64,000 bases of DNA from Shigella phage ESh32. The stretch lies in sequence record ON528742. One strand, 5' to 3'. Position 1 is the stretch's first letter. Every line of letters starts with the position of its first letter. The notes beneath the pieces were generated by a model. The model saw only the letters and a program-made list of their open reading frames with translations, did no database searches and was not told where the DNA came from. The position numbers and the translations under genes are program-made. This document shows positions 50,697-62,194 of this stretch, piece after piece.

Positions 50697-51012
50697 TATT
50701 CGTCCGGTCGATGAGGCCGGGCTTTCAGAAAAAGAACTTTCAATTAAGAAAGAAAAGGATGAAATTGCAAAGCTTCTTGACCGCCAAGAAAATGGATTTA
50801 TTATTGAAAAAATGGTAGAAGAGTTTGGAATGAGTTATCTTGAAGCTACAACAGCATTCTTGGAAGAAAACTCTATTCCTGAAACTCAATTTGCTAAATT
50901 TATTCCTTCGGGTATAATTGAAAAAATTCAGTCAGAAGCTATTGACGAAAATCTTTTACGTCCTTCTGTTGTTCGTTGTGAAAAAACTAATACATTAGAT
51001 TTTCTACTATGA
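50674..51012 (+). CDS. 33: late transcription co-activator gp33
   Basis: 112 aa. Confidence 0.85.
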   Translation: MTQFSLNDIRPVDEAGLSEKELSIKKEKDEIAKLLDRQENGFIIEKMVEEFGMSYLEATTAFLEENSIPETQFAKFIPSGIIEKIQSEAIDENLLRPSVVRCEKTNTLDFLL

Positions 51013-51662
51013 TTAAACTCCGCATGCCTGCTGGTGGTGAAAGATACATTGATGGTAAATCAGTTTATAAATTATACTTAATGATAAAACAGCATATGAA
51101 TGGAAAGTATGATGTAATTAAGTATAATTGGTGCATGCGGGTGTCTGATGCCGCTTATCAAAAGCGAAGGGATAAGTATTTTTTTCAGAAGTTATCAGAA
51201 AAATATAAATTAAAGGAACTTGCTTTAATCTTTATAAGTAATTTGGTTGCTAACCAAGATGCTTGGATTGGTGACATCTCTGACGCTGATGCACTTGTGT
51301 TTTATCGTGAATATATCGGACGCTTAAAGCAAATTAAATTTAAGTTTGAAGAAGATATTCGCAACATTTATTATTTTAGTAAAAAAGTTGAAGTTTCTGC
51401 TTTTAAAGAAATTTTTGAATATAATCCAAAAGTTCAATCAAGTTATATTTTTAAACTACTTCAATCGAATATAATTTCGTTTGAGACGTTTATCTTGCTT
51501 GATTCGTTTTTAAATATAATTGATAAACATGATGAACAGACTGATAATTTAGTCTGGAATAATTATTCTATAAAGTTAAAGGCTTATAGAAAAATTTTAA
51601 ATATTGATTCACAGAAAGCCAAAAGTGTTTTCATTGAAACTGTGAAATCTTGTAAGTATTGA
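51009..51662 (+). CDS. 59: helicase loader gp59
   Basis: 217 aa. Confidence 0.9.
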   Translation: MIKLRMPAGGERYIDGKSVYKLYLMIKQHMNGKYDVIKYNWCMRVSDAAYQKRRDKYFFQKLSEKYKLKELALIFISNLVANQDAWIGDISDADALVFYREYIGRLKQIKFKFEEDIRNIYYFSKKVEVSAFKEIFEYNPKVQSSYIFKLLQSNIISFETFILLDSFLNIIDKHDEQTDNLVWNNYSIKLKAYRKILNIDSQKAKSVFIETVKSCKY

Positions 51663-51663
51663 T

Positions 51664-52296
51664 ATGAATATAGTATATTGGTTTACATTTGAAGACCGTG
51701 TCAAAAATAAGACTCCGCCATACTACTATATCGGTAGTAAATTAAATTGCTCATTTGAGAACGGAATAATATATGACTCTTCCGGAAAGGAATACTGGAG
51801 CTCATGTAAACAAAAAAGATTTTTGAATGCGCTAATGCTTCAAAAACCGAGCGTTAAAATAATTCAAATTGATGATGACTTGGATGTTATTGAAGCAGAA
51901 CGAAAATACCAACTTGAAGTAAATGCCAGAGATAATCCAGACTATTTTAATCTGGTATATGCTGGTGGTGGATTTGGTGTGAGTGGTGAAACTCATCCAG
52001 CCAAAGACCCGGAAGTTAGAGAGCATATGAGATTGGCTAATTATATGAACCGTGACGATTTTAGACCTTGGAAAACATCACGAGCTAATATAGAGTCTTG
52101 GAAATTATCTCATATTGCTTACGAGAATTATGTGTTATTATTATCCTCTAATCTGTACGGTAAAACTCCCGGATGGCGAAGAGTTAAAGGTAATATAAAT
52201 ATAACTGATACAACTGCTAAATCGATGGTAAAGTATTTCAACTCAGGTTGGATACCTCTCGAAGACCCAGAGTATTGCGAATTATGCCAGCTATGA
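51664..52296 (+). CDS. segG: GIY-YIG homing endonuclease, SegG-like
   Basis: IVYWFT...YYYIGSK motif; position between 59 and 32. Confidence 0.6.
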   Translation: MNIVYWFTFEDRVKNKTPPYYYIGSKLNCSFENGIIYDSSGKEYWSSCKQKRFLNALMLQKPSVKIIQIDDDLDVIEAERKYQLEVNARDNPDYFNLVYAGGGFGVSGETHPAKDPEVREHMRLANYMNRDDFRPWKTSRANIESWKLSHIAYENYVLLLSSNLYGKTPGWRRVKGNINITDTTAKSMVKYFNSGWIPLEDPEYCELCQL

Positions 52297-52350
52297 GGTA
52301 AAGTGTCATAGCACCAACTGTTAATTAAATTAAATTAAAAAGGAAATAAA
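52297..52350 (+). promoter_or_regulatory. gene 32 translational operator (A/U-rich repeats)
   Basis: TTAATTAAATTAAATTAAAAAGGAAATAAAATG. Confidence 0.6.
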
Positions 52351-53256
52351 ATGTTTAAACGTAAATCTACTGCTGAACTTGCTGCACAAATGGCTAAACT
52401 GAATGGCAATAAAGGTTTTTCTTCTGAAGATAAAGGCGAGTGGAAACTGAAACTCGATAATGCGGGTAACGGTCAAGCAGTAATTCGTTTTCTTCCGTCT
52501 AAAAATGATGAACAAGCACCATTCGCAATTCTTGTAAATCACGGTTTCAAGAAAAATGGTAAATGGTATATTGAAACATGTTCATCTACCCATGGTGATT
52601 ACGATTCTTGCCCAGTATGTCAGTACATCAGTAAAAATGATTTGTACAACACTGACAATAAAGAGTACGGTCTTGTTAAACGTAAAACTTCTTACTGGGC
52701 TAACATTCTTGTTGTAAAAGACCCAGCTGCTCCAGAAAATGAAGGTAAAGTATTTAAATATCGTTTCGGTAAGAAAATCTGGGATAAAATCAACGCAATG
52801 ATTGCAGTTGATGTTGAAATGGGTGAAACTCCGGTTGATGTAACTTGTCCGTGGGAAGGTGCTAACTTTGTACTGAAAGTTAAACAAGTTTCTGGATTTA
52901 GTAACTACGACGAATCTAAATTCCTGAATCAATCTGCGATTCCAAACATTGACGATGAATCTTTCCAGAAAGAACTGTTCGAACAAATGGTTGACCTTTC
53001 TGAAATGACTTCTAAAGATAAATTCAAATCGTTTGAAGAACTGAATACTAAATTCGGTCAAGTTATGGGAACTGCTGTGATGGGCGGTGCCGCTGCAACT
53101 GCTGCTAAGAAAGCTGATAAAGTTGCTGATGATTTGGATGCATTCAATGTTGATGACTTCAATACAAAAACTGAAGATGATTTTATGAGCTCAAGCTCTG
53201 GTAGTTCATCTAGTGCTGATGACACGGACCTGGATGACCTTTTGAATGACCTTTAA
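52351..53256 (+). CDS. 32: ssDNA-binding protein gp32
   Basis: 301 aa; acidic Ser/Asp-rich C-terminus. Confidence 0.95.
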
Positions 53257-53278
53257 CAGATTATATTACTAATTAATT

Positions 53279-53297
53279 GGGGACCTCTAGGGTCCCC
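53279..53297 (+). terminator. terminator GGGGACC-TCTA-GGGTCCCC plus T-run
   Basis: perfect stem plus T6. Confidence 0.75.
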
Positions 53298-53327
53298 TTT
53301 TTTATTTCAAAAATTTTTCACAAAACA

Positions 53328-53357
53328 GTTTACATCCTTGTCCTTCCATGGTACTAT
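53328..53357 (+). promoter_or_regulatory. early promoter (GTTTAC, 18 bp, TACTAT)
   Basis: consensus hexamers. Confidence 0.6.
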
Positions 53358-53400
53358 ACAACTATCGGCAATACTGCTGATGATTAAAGAGGAAAATAAT

Positions 53401-53631
53401 ATGGCTAAAGTTGATATTGACATCATTGATTTTGAATATATTGAAGAGATTATTCGTAATCGTTATCCTGAACTTAGTATCACAAGTATTCATGATGATC
53501 CCAATTATTGCAATTTTTCTATTGTCATTGAAGGTCCTCTTGAAGACCTTACCCGCTTTATGGCTAATGAATATTGCGATGGCATGGATTCTGAAGACGC
53601 AGAATTTTACATGGGACTGATTGAACAATAA
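53401..53631 (+). CDS. hypothetical acidic protein (76 aa)
   Basis: SD GAGGAAAA. Confidence 0.5.
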   Translation: MAKVDIDIIDFEYIEEIIRNRYPELSITSIHDDPNYCNFSIVIEGPLEDLTRFMANEYCDGMDSEDAEFYMGLIEQ

Positions 53632-53677
53632 TTATCAAGGGGCTATTTGATAGCCCCGTTAAAATGAGGAAATCAAA

Positions 53678-54064
53678 GTGGAAGTTGGAAAAACTTATAT
53701 CATTAACCCTTTATTTAAAAATGACTTTGCTAACGAGTGCCGTTGCAATGTAATGATGCTAAATTTAATAGAGAAGCACGGACCTAGTTTTGTTGTAGAT
53801 GAAATGGAAAGTGATGATTGTGCTGGTGACTGTGTGGTACGTGTAACTATGGAAGACGGCACTGAATACATGGCGGGTGGCCCACTTGAGACGTATTTTG
53901 AGATTTACTCTGAAGAATTCAAATACTTTACTGAGGTAACTTTAGAAAAGCCTCAATCCGCTAATGAAGGTATAGTTTCTGGCGTAACAAAAATTCACTG
54001 CATTGTTGACGAAAACAATGTAGATGAAATCATTGAACTTTTGCGAAAAACTTTTAAGGCCTAA
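53678..54064 (+). CDS. hypothetical protein (128 aa)
   Basis: GTG start after GAGGAAA. Confidence 0.5.
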   Translation: MEVGKTYIINPLFKNDFANECRCNVMMLNLIEKHGPSFVVDEMESDDCAGDCVVRVTMEDGTEYMAGGPLETYFEIYSEEFKYFTEVTLEKPQSANEGIVSGVTKIHCIVDENNVDEIIELLRKTFKA

Positions 54065-54065
54065 T

Positions 54066-54326
54066 ATGACTAAAGATGATTTCCTGGATGCGGTAGAAAA
54101 AGCTAGTGAGAAATTTGAAGTGATGGGTGTACGGGTCCATAAAGACAGAAATTACGGACTCGATATTCAAACGTATTCATTATGGCTTGTGGGTGAACAC
54201 AGTCTTGTAACCAGTTTAGTTATGGGTGTCGATACCTATCCTCTATTGGTTAAGTTCAGAAATATGGAAAAGGCTACTAAAGAAATGATTAAGCTTGGTA
54301 AGTGGCTCGATAAAATTCAAAAATAA
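54066..54326 (+). CDS. hypothetical protein (86 aa)
   Basis: ORF. Confidence 0.5.
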   Translation: MTKDDFLDAVEKASEKFEVMGVRVHKDRNYGLDIQTYSLWLVGEHSLVTSLVMGVDTYPLLVKFRNMEKATKEMIKLGKWLDKIQK

Positions 54327-54327
54327 T

Positions 54328-54357
54328 TGTTTACAACAGGGTAGTAGTGTGATACTA
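54328..54357 (+). promoter_or_regulatory. early promoter (GTTTAC, 18 bp, TACTAT)
   Basis: consensus hexamers. Confidence 0.6.
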
Positions 54358-54386
54358 TTACCCTATCAACTACTGAGGAGAATAAA

Positions 54387-54629
54387 ATGAGATTACAACG
54401 CCAAAGCATCAAAGATTCAGAAGTTAGAGGTAAATGGTATTTTAATATCATCGGTAAAGATTCTGAACTTATTGAAAAAGCTGAACATCTTTTACGTGAT
54501 ATGGGATGGGAAGATGAATGCGATGGATGTCCTCTTTATGAAGACGGAGAAAGCGCAGGATTCTGGATTTACCATTCTGATGTTGATCAGTTTAAAGCTG
54601 ATTGGAAAATTGTGAAAAAGTCTATTTGA
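54387..54629 (+). CDS. hypothetical protein (80 aa)
   Basis: ORF after conserved leader. Confidence 0.55.
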   Translation: MRLQRQSIKDSEVRGKWYFNIIGKDSELIEKAEHLLRDMGWEDECDGCPLYEDGESAGFWIYHSDVDQFKADWKIVKKSI

Positions 54630-54639
54630 GGAAAATATT

Positions 54640-54995
54640 ATGTCTGACATTCATGTAGCTGGAATTGCTCGAGTAAGTATTCGTTGCCAACTTAAAACTG
54701 CGCCTGGGACGGCTTATATTAATTTATCACACGACCTATGTTCTAGTGAAAGACCATTAACTGGTGTAATTACGTTTTACGCTGGAGTTGGCGGAAACGA
54801 ATTTACTGTAGGCGAATTTGTTGGCTGTAAATTAAAAGTTCAGAAAAATGTGTTAGAACTTTTTAGCGATCTTTATGGTGATAGTGATGAAGTTTTTGAT
54901 GAAATCGCGCAAGCAGTTAACAGAGGAATGGTAATTTTAGTTAAAATGATTAAAGATAGCGGATTTGCTTCTGGCCCCTTTCAGTGGGAGGTAAT

Positions 54996-54999
<4 letters not shown>
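54640..54999 (+). CDS. hypothetical protein (119 aa)
   Basis: SD GAGGAAAA. Confidence 0.55.
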
Positions 55000-55825
<826 letters not shown>

Positions 55826-55845
55826 AATAACGCGTGGCGGAAAAT

Positions 55846-56193
55846 ATGAACTTTAATTATTACCCTATTCTATTAGAAAAAGACGCGAAACAACCAAAAT
55901 GGCAGGGTCCTCAGTTTATTAAAGGCGTCTATCAATTAGTAGTTCCTAAAGACAAGATTTATAGTAGTTGTTTCACTGAATCCGCTTGCAGTATTTTCGG
56001 TAATAGTTCTCCGTATTGGAATTTTGATATAAAACTGGATAGAAATATCGATATTTGGTTGAAAGCCATGGATATTGGCAATATTACGTTTGATGAGAAT
56101 AATTATCATATTATTGGTCGCTTTTCTAAACGCGGTAAAGAATTATATTTCACTCCTGAAATCGAAAGAAAATTTGATGCTAAACCGTATTGA
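55846..56193 (+). CDS. hypothetical protein (115 aa) in insertion between frd and td
   Basis: ORF inside a 409-bp segment flanked by AAATGAAA direct repeats. Confidence 0.5.
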   Translation: MNFNYYPILLEKDAKQPKWQGPQFIKGVYQLVVPKDKIYSSCFTESACSIFGNSSPYWNFDIKLDRNIDIWLKAMDIGNITFDENNYHIIGRFSKRGKELYFTPEIERKFDAKPY

Positions 56194-56238
56194 TTATTTA
56201 GCTTCATAAAATGTATTATAATTTATATAAGGTACTAA

Positions 56239-56787
56239 ATGAAACAATACCAAGATTTAATTAAAGACATTTTTGAAAATGGCTATGAAACCGATGACCG
56301 AACAGGCACAGGAACAATTGCTTTGTTCGGTACTAAATTGCGCTGGGATTTAACTAAAGGTTTTCCTGCGGTAACAACTAAGAAGCTCGCCTGGAAAGCT
56401 TGCATTGCTGAGCTAATATGGTTTTTATCAGGAAGCACAAATGTCAATGATTTACGATTAATTCAGCATGATTCGTTAATCCAAGGCAAAACAGTCTGGG
56501 ATGAAAATTACGAAAATCAAGCAAAAGATTTAGGATACCATAGCGGTGAACTTGGTCCAATTTATGGAAAACAGTGGCGTGATTTTGGCGGTGTAGATCA
56601 AATTATAGAAGTTATTGATCGTATTAAAAAACTGCCAAATGATAGGCGTCAAATTGTTTCTGCGTGGAATCCAGCTGAACTTAAATATATGGCATTACCG
56701 CCTTGTCATATGTTCTATCAGTTTAATGTGCGTAATGGCTATTTGGATTTGCAGTGGTATCAGCGATCAGTAGATGTTTTCTTGGGT
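56239..56787 (+). CDS. td: thymidylate synthase exon 1
   Basis: 183 codons ending at GGT immediately before intron TAATTGAGGCCTGAG. Confidence 0.95.
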
Positions 56788-57803
56788 TAATTGAGGCCTG
56801 AGTATAAGGTGACTTATACTTGTAATCTATCTAAACGGGGAACCTCTCTAGTAGACAATCCCGTGCTAAATTGTAGGACTGCCCTTTAATAAATACTTCT
56901 ATATTTAAAGAGGTATTTATGAAAAGCGGAATTTATCAGATTAAAAATACTTTAAACAATAAAGTATATGTAGGAAGTGCTAAAGATTTTGAAAAGAGAT
57001 GGAAGAGGCATTTTAAAGATTTAGAAAAAGGATGCCATTCTTCTATAAAACTTCAGAGGTCTTTTAACAAACATGGTAATGTGTTTGAATGTTCTATTTT
57101 GGAAGAAATTCCATATGAGAAAGATTTGATTATTGAACGAGAAAATTTTTGGATTAAAGAGCTTAATTCTAAAATTAATGGATACAATATTGCTGATGCA
57201 ACGTTTGGTGATACATGTTCTACGCATCCATTAAAAGAAGAAATTATTAAAAAACGTTCTGAAACTGTTAAAGCTAAGATGCTTAAACTTGGACCTGATG
57301 GTCGGAAAGCTCTTTACAGTAAACCCGGAAGTAAAAACGGGCGTTGGAATCCAGAAACCCATAAGTTTTGTAAGTGCGGTGTTCGCATACAAACTTCTGC
57401 TTATACTTGTAGTAAATGCAGAAATCGTTCAGGTGAAAATAATTCATTCTTTAATCATAAGCATTCAGACATAACTAAATCTAAAATATCAGAAAAGATG
57501 AAAGGTAAAAAGCCTAGTAATATTAAAAAGATTTCATGTGATGGGGTTATTTTTGATTGTGCAGCAGATGCAGCTAGACATTTTAAAATTTCGTCTGGAT
57601 TAGTTACTTATCGTGTAAAATCTGATAAATGGAATTGGTTCTACATAAATGCCTAACGACTATCCCTTTGGGGAGTAGGGTCAAGTGACTCGAAACGATA
57701 GACAACTTGCTTTAACAAGTTGGAGATATAGTCTGATCTGCATGGTGACATGCAGCTGGATATAATTCCGGGGTAAGATTAACGACCTTATCTGAACATA
57801 ATG
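56788..57803 (+). mobile_element. group I self-splicing intron (td intron, 1016 nt) carrying I-TevI
   Basis: 5' and 3' intron ends match the remembered T4 td intron; interrupts TS reading frame. Confidence 0.9.
56919..57656 (+). CDS. I-TevI: homing endonuclease I-TevI (GIY-YIG)
   Basis: 245 aa; GIYQIKN...VYVGSA motif; inside td intron. Confidence 0.93.
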   Translation: MKSGIYQIKNTLNNKVYVGSAKDFEKRWKRHFKDLEKGCHSSIKLQRSFNKHGNVFECSILEEIPYEKDLIIERENFWIKELNSKINGYNIADATFGDTCSTHPLKEEIIKKRSETVKAKMLKLGPDGRKALYSKPGSKNGRWNPETHKFCKCGVRIQTSAYTCSKCRNRSGENNSFFNHKHSDITKSKISEKMKGKKPSNIKKISCDGVIFDCAADAARHFKISSGLVTYRVKSDKWNWFYINA

Positions 57804-58115
57804 CTTCCATTTAATATTGCATCATATGCTGCGTTAGTTCATATTGTAGCTAAGATGTGTAATCTTATTCCTGGAGATTTGATATTTTCTGGCGGTAATA
57901 CTCATATCTATATGAATCACGTAGAACAATGTAAAGAAATTTTACGTCGTGAACCTAAAGAGCTTTGTGAACTGGTAATAGGCGGATTGCCTTATAAATT
58001 CCGTTATCTTTCTACTAAAGAACAATTGGAATACATTCTTAAACTCAGGCCTAAAGATTTCGTTCTCAAAGATTATCAGTCCCACGGTGTCTTGAAAGGA
58101 AAAATGGCGGTATAA
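57804..58115 (+). CDS. td: thymidylate synthase exon 2
   Basis: continues LPFNIASYA...; exon1 plus exon2 gives 286 aa. Confidence 0.95.
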   Translation, partial: LPFNIASYAALVHIVAKMCNLIPGDLIFSGGNTHIYMNHVEQCKEILRREPKELCELVIGGLPYKFRYLSTKEQLEYILKLRPKDFVLKDYQSHGVLKGKMAV

Positions 58116-58138
58116 TTTTAATTTAATTGCGAGGATAT

Positions 58139-58402
58139 ATGATTTTACGATTTAAAGATACTTCTGGTGTCGTTCTTTTTACACTTCCTAATCCAAGTGA
58201 GTTAGAAGTTCCAGGACCAAATCAGCCTATTATCATTTATGGCAAAAAATATTATACTCATAAAATGACCCGTGAGTATTTTGATAATAAAATTTCTACA
58301 GTTAAAACTTCTTCAGATTGTTACTATGATATTACTGTTTTAACGGAAAAACAATATGACGAATTATCACCGCGCGGGCCGTCTATGCCAGGTAGTGAAT
58401 AA
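58139..58402 (+). CDS. hypothetical protein (87 aa)
   Basis: SD GAGGA. Confidence 0.5.
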   Translation: MILRFKDTSGVVLFTLPNPSELEVPGPNQPIIIYGKKYYTHKMTREYFDNKISTVKTSSDCYYDITVLTEKQYDELSPRGPSMPGSE

Positions 58403-58682
58403 ATATAAATCTGACTTTGATGTTAATATTCACCGCGGTACATTTTGGGGAAATTACGTCGGTAAAGATGCTGGCAGCCGGGAGGCTGCCATTGAATTAT
58501 TCAAAAAAGATTTTATACGTCGAATTAAATCCGGAGAAATAACTAAAGCACATTTAGAGCCTTTACGTGGAATGAGGCTAGGATGCACATGTAAACCAAA
58601 GCCGTGTCATGGTGATATAATAGCTCATATAGTTAACCGATTGTTTAAAGACGATTTTCAAGTTGAGGACTTATGCAATTAA
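58356..58682 (+). CDS. hypothetical protein with CxC...CH motif (DUF4326-like, 108 aa)
   Basis: motifs FWGNY and [11 protein letters not shown]; overlaps previous ORF by 47 nt. Confidence 0.5.
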   Translation: MTNYHRAGRLCQVVNKYKSDFDVNIHRGTFWGNYVGKDAGSREAAIELFKKDFIRRIKSGEITKAHLEPLRGMRLGCTCKPKPCHGDIIAHIVNRLFKDDFQVEDLCN

Positions 58683-60937
58683 TTAATGTTATCAAAAGTA
58701 GTGGTGTTTCTCAGAGCTTTGACCCGCAAAAAATTATTAAAGTTTTATCTTGGGCAGCTGAAGGAACATCTGTAGATCCTTATGAATTATATGAAAATAT
58801 TAAATCATATCTCCGTGATGGAATGACCACTGATGACATTCAAACCATTGTAATTAAGGCTGCTGCGAATTCTATTTCAGTTGAAGAGCCTGATTATCAA
58901 TACGTAGCTGCACGCTGTTTAATGTTTGCTCTTCGTAAGCATGTTTACGGACAATATGAACCGCGTTCATTTATTGACCATATTTCTTACTGCGTAAATG
59001 AAGGTAAATACGACCCTGAATTATTGTCAAAATATTCAGCAGAAGAAATTACATTTTTAGAATCAAAAATTAAGCACGAGCGGGATATGGAATTTACTTA
59101 TTCCGGGGCGATGCAATTAAAAGAAAAATATCTAGTTAAAGATAAAACCACTGGTCAAATTTATGAAACTCCACAGTTTGCATTTATGACTATTGGAATG
59201 GCATTGCATCAAGATGAACCTGTTGATAGATTAAAACATGTTATCCGTTTTTATGAAGCGGTATCTACTCGACAGATTTCATTGCCAACTCCTATTATGG
59301 CTGGTTGCCGTACTCCAACCCGGCAGTTTAGTTCATGCGTTGTTATTGAGGCAGGTGATTCATTAAAGTCTATCAATAAGGCTTCCGCTTCAATTGTTGA
59401 ATATATCTCTAAACGCGCTGGAATTGGTATTAACGTTGGTATGATTCGTGCTGAAGGTTCTAAGATTGGCATGGGTGAAGTACGCCATACTGGTGTTATT
59501 CCTTTTTGGAAACATTTTCAGACTGCTGTTAAATCATGCTCACAGGGTGGAATTCGTGGCGGCGCTGCTACTGCTTATTATCCTATTTGGCATTTGGAAG
59601 TTGAAAATCTTCTTGTTTTGAAAAATAACAAAGGCGTAGAAGAAAACCGCATTCGTCATATGGATTATGGTGTTCAACTGAATGATTTGATGATGGAACG
59701 TTTTGGAAAGAACGATTACATTACTTTGTTTAGTCCCCATGAAATGGGCGGAGAGCTTTATTATTCTTATTTTAAAGACCAAGACCGTTTCCGTGAATTA
59801 TACGAAGCAGCAGAAAAAGACCCTAATATTCGTAAAAAGCGTATTAAAGCTCGTGAACTATTTGAATTGCTCATGACTGAACGCTCAGGAACAGCAAGGA
59901 TTTATGTACAGTTCATTGATAATACGAATAACTATACTCCGTTTATTCGTGAAAAGGCACCTATTCGTCAGAGTAACTTGTGCTGTGAAATTGCTATTCC
60001 AACAAATGATGTGAATAGTCCTGATGCTGAAATTGGATTGTGTACTCTCTCTGCATTCGTACTGGATAATTTTGACTGGCAAGACCAAGATAAAATTAAT
60101 GAATTGGCAGAAGTCCAGGTTCGTGCTCTTGATAATCTTTTGGATTACCAAGGATATCCAGTTCCTGAAGCAGAAAAAGCTAAAAAGCGTCGTAACCTCG
60201 GTGTAGGTGTTACTAACTATGCAGCTTGGTTGGCAAGTAACTTTGCTTCTTATGAAGATGCTAACGATTTAACACATGAACTATTTGAGAGATTACAGTA
60301 TGGACTCATTAAAGCATCCATTAAACTCGCCAAAGAAAAAGGACCTTGTGAATATTATTCAGACACTCGTTGGTCTCGAGGCGAATTACCTATCGACTGG
60401 TACAATAAAAAGATTGACCAAATCGCAGCTCCAAAATACGTTTGTGACTGGTCGTCGCTGCGGGAAGACCTTAAGCTCTTTGGCATCCGTAATAGCACAC
60501 TATCAGCACTTATGCCATGTGAGTCATCTTCCCAAGTTTCTAACAGTACAAACGGTATCGAGCCTCCACGTGGACCAGTCTCTGTTAAAGAATCAAAAGA
60601 GGGTTCCTTTAATCAAGTCGTGCCCAATATTGAACATAACATAGACCTATATGATTATACATGGAAATTAGCTAAGAAAGGTAATAAACCTTATCTTACG
60701 CAGGTAGCTATTATGCTGAAATGGGTGTGTCAATCAGCTTCAGCGAATACATATTATGACCCACAGATTTTTCCAAAAGGAAAGGTTCCAATGTCAATAA
60801 TGATTGATGACCTTTTGTATTTTTGGTATTTTGGCGGAAAAAATTTCTATTATCATAATACCCGTGATGGTTCTGGTACTGATGATTATGAAATAGAAAC
60901 TCCAAAAGCTGAAGATTGTTCATCCTGTAAATTATGA
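58673..60937 (+). CDS. nrdA: ribonucleotide reductase large subunit NrdA
   Basis: 754 aa; ATP-cone and class I RNR motifs. Confidence 0.95.
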   Translation: MQLINVIKSSGVSQSFDPQKIIKVLSWAAEGTSVDPYELYENIKSYLRDGMTTDDIQTIVIKAAANSISVEEPDYQYVAARCLMFALRKHVYGQYEPRSFIDHISYCVNEGKYDPELLSKYSAEEITFLESKIKHERDMEFTYSGAMQLKEKYLVKDKTTGQIYETPQFAFMTIGMALHQDEPVDRLKHVIRFYEAVSTRQISLPTPIMAGCRTPTRQFSSCVVIEAGDSLKSINKASASIVEYISKRAGIGINVGMIRAEGSKIGMGEVRHTGVIPFWKHFQTAVKSCSQGGIRGGAATAYYPIWHLEVENLLVLKNNKGVEENRIRHMDYGVQLNDLMMERFGKNDYITLFSPHEMGGELYYSYFKDQDRFRELYEAAEKDPNIRKKRIKARELFELLMTERSGTARIYVQFIDNTNNYTPFIREKAPIRQSNLCCEIAIPTNDVNSPDAEIGLCTLSAFVLDNFDWQDQDKINELAEVQVRALDNLLDYQGYPVPEAEKAKKRRNLGVGVTNYAAWLASNFASYEDANDLTHELFERLQYGLIKASIKLAKEKGPCEYYSDTRWSRGELPIDWYNKKIDQIAAPKYVCDWSSLREDLKLFGIRNSTLSALMPCESSSQVSNSTNGIEPPRGPVSVKESKEGSFNQVVPNIEHNIDLYDYTWKLAKKGNKPYLTQVAIMLKWVCQSASANTYYDPQIFPKGKVPMSIMIDDLLYFWYFGGKNFYYHNTRDGSGTDDYEIETPKAEDCSSCKL

Positions 60938-60988
60938 TATAATTTGACTCACGGACGAGTCACCAACTATTAACTAAGCGGAAAATTT

Positions 60989-62167
60989 ATGAGCACAGTT
61001 TTTAATACAAATCCAGTTGATGTTTTAAAAGAACCTATGTTTTTTGGTTCAGGTCTTGGTATTGCGCGTTATGATATTCAACGTCATAAAGTTTTTGAAG
61101 ATTTAACCGAAAAGCAGTTGTCATTTTTCTGGCGTCCTGAAGAAGTAAACTTAATGATGGATGCTGCACAGTTTAATAAGCTTCCTCAATATCAGCAGAA
61201 TATTTTTACTAATAATCTGAAGTATCAATCACTTCTAGATAGCATTCAGGGTCGTGCACCGTCTGCTGTACTTATGTCATTGATTTCAGACCCAAGCCTT
61301 GATACATGGGTTGCTACATGGACTTTTAGTGAAACCATTCACAGTCGTTCATACACTCATATTATGCGAAATCTTTATACTGATCCGTCAAAGGTATTTG
61401 ATGAGATTGTATTAGATAAAGCTATCATGAAACGTGCTGAATCTATTGGTCGTTATTATGATGATGTTCTGGACAAGACACGTATTTGGGAAAACGCCAA
61501 AGAAAACTTTAGTTATTTTGCTGAAAATGAATATGATTTAGAAGCATATTCAAACAGTCTCACTCATTTGGAAGAATGTAAACGAGACCTGATGAAGTCG
61601 CTTTATCTCTGTCTGCACGTTATCAATGCTCTGGAAGCTATTCGTTTTTATGTATCTTTCGCATGTACCTTTAACTTCCATAAGAACATGGAAATCATGG
61701 AAGGTAATGCCAAGATTATGAAGTTCATTGCACGTGATGAGCAGCTTCATCTTAAAGGTACACAATATATTATTCGTCAACTTCAATCTGGTACTGATGG
61801 CGATGAATGGGTTAAAATTGCTCAAGAGTGTGAACAAGAAGCAGTTGATATTTTCATGGAAGTTAACCGCCAAGAAAAAGATTGGGCAGTTCATTTATTT
61901 AAAGATGGCGATGTTCCTGGATTAAATACAAATAGCATGTGGAGCTTTATTGATTACTTAACTGTATCTCGTATGAAACAGTGTGGTCTTCCATGCCCAA
62001 TTACCGATGCTCCGGTTAAACATCCGTATCCTTGGATTCGTGAATACCTTAATTCTGATAATGTTCAATCCGCGCCGCAAGAAGTAGAATTGTCATCTTA
62101 TCTTGTTGCACAGATTGATAATGATGTTGATGATAAAGTTATGATGAGTTTTAAAAAATACTTTTAA
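60989..62167 (+). CDS. nrdB: ribonucleotide reductase small subunit NrdB, intronless
   Basis: 392 aa continuous ORF; di-iron ligands. Confidence 0.93.
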   Translation: MSTVFNTNPVDVLKEPMFFGSGLGIARYDIQRHKVFEDLTEKQLSFFWRPEEVNLMMDAAQFNKLPQYQQNIFTNNLKYQSLLDSIQGRAPSAVLMSLISDPSLDTWVATWTFSETIHSRSYTHIMRNLYTDPSKVFDEIVLDKAIMKRAESIGRYYDDVLDKTRIWENAKENFSYFAENEYDLEAYSNSLTHLEECKRDLMKSLYLCLHVINALEAIRFYVSFACTFNFHKNMEIMEGNAKIMKFIARDEQLHLKGTQYIIRQLQSGTDGDEWVKIAQECEQEAVDIFMEVNRQEKDWAVHLFKDGDVPGLNTNSMWSFIDYLTVSRMKQCGLPCPITDAPVKHPYPWIREYLNSDNVQSAPQEVELSSYLVAQIDNDVDDKVMMSFKKYF

Positions 62168-62194
62168 GGAGTGGGCCGCAAGGCCCATTTTATT

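Noticed and set aside
58356-58402. Programmed frameshift joining 58139-58402 and 58356-58682
   Set aside because: The downstream ORF has its own ATG and a complete N-terminal domain motif; overlapping genes are common in this genome.
60989-62167. Possible group I intron in nrdB
   Set aside because: nrdB reads as one uninterrupted ORF of expected length with no inserted endonuclease ORF.
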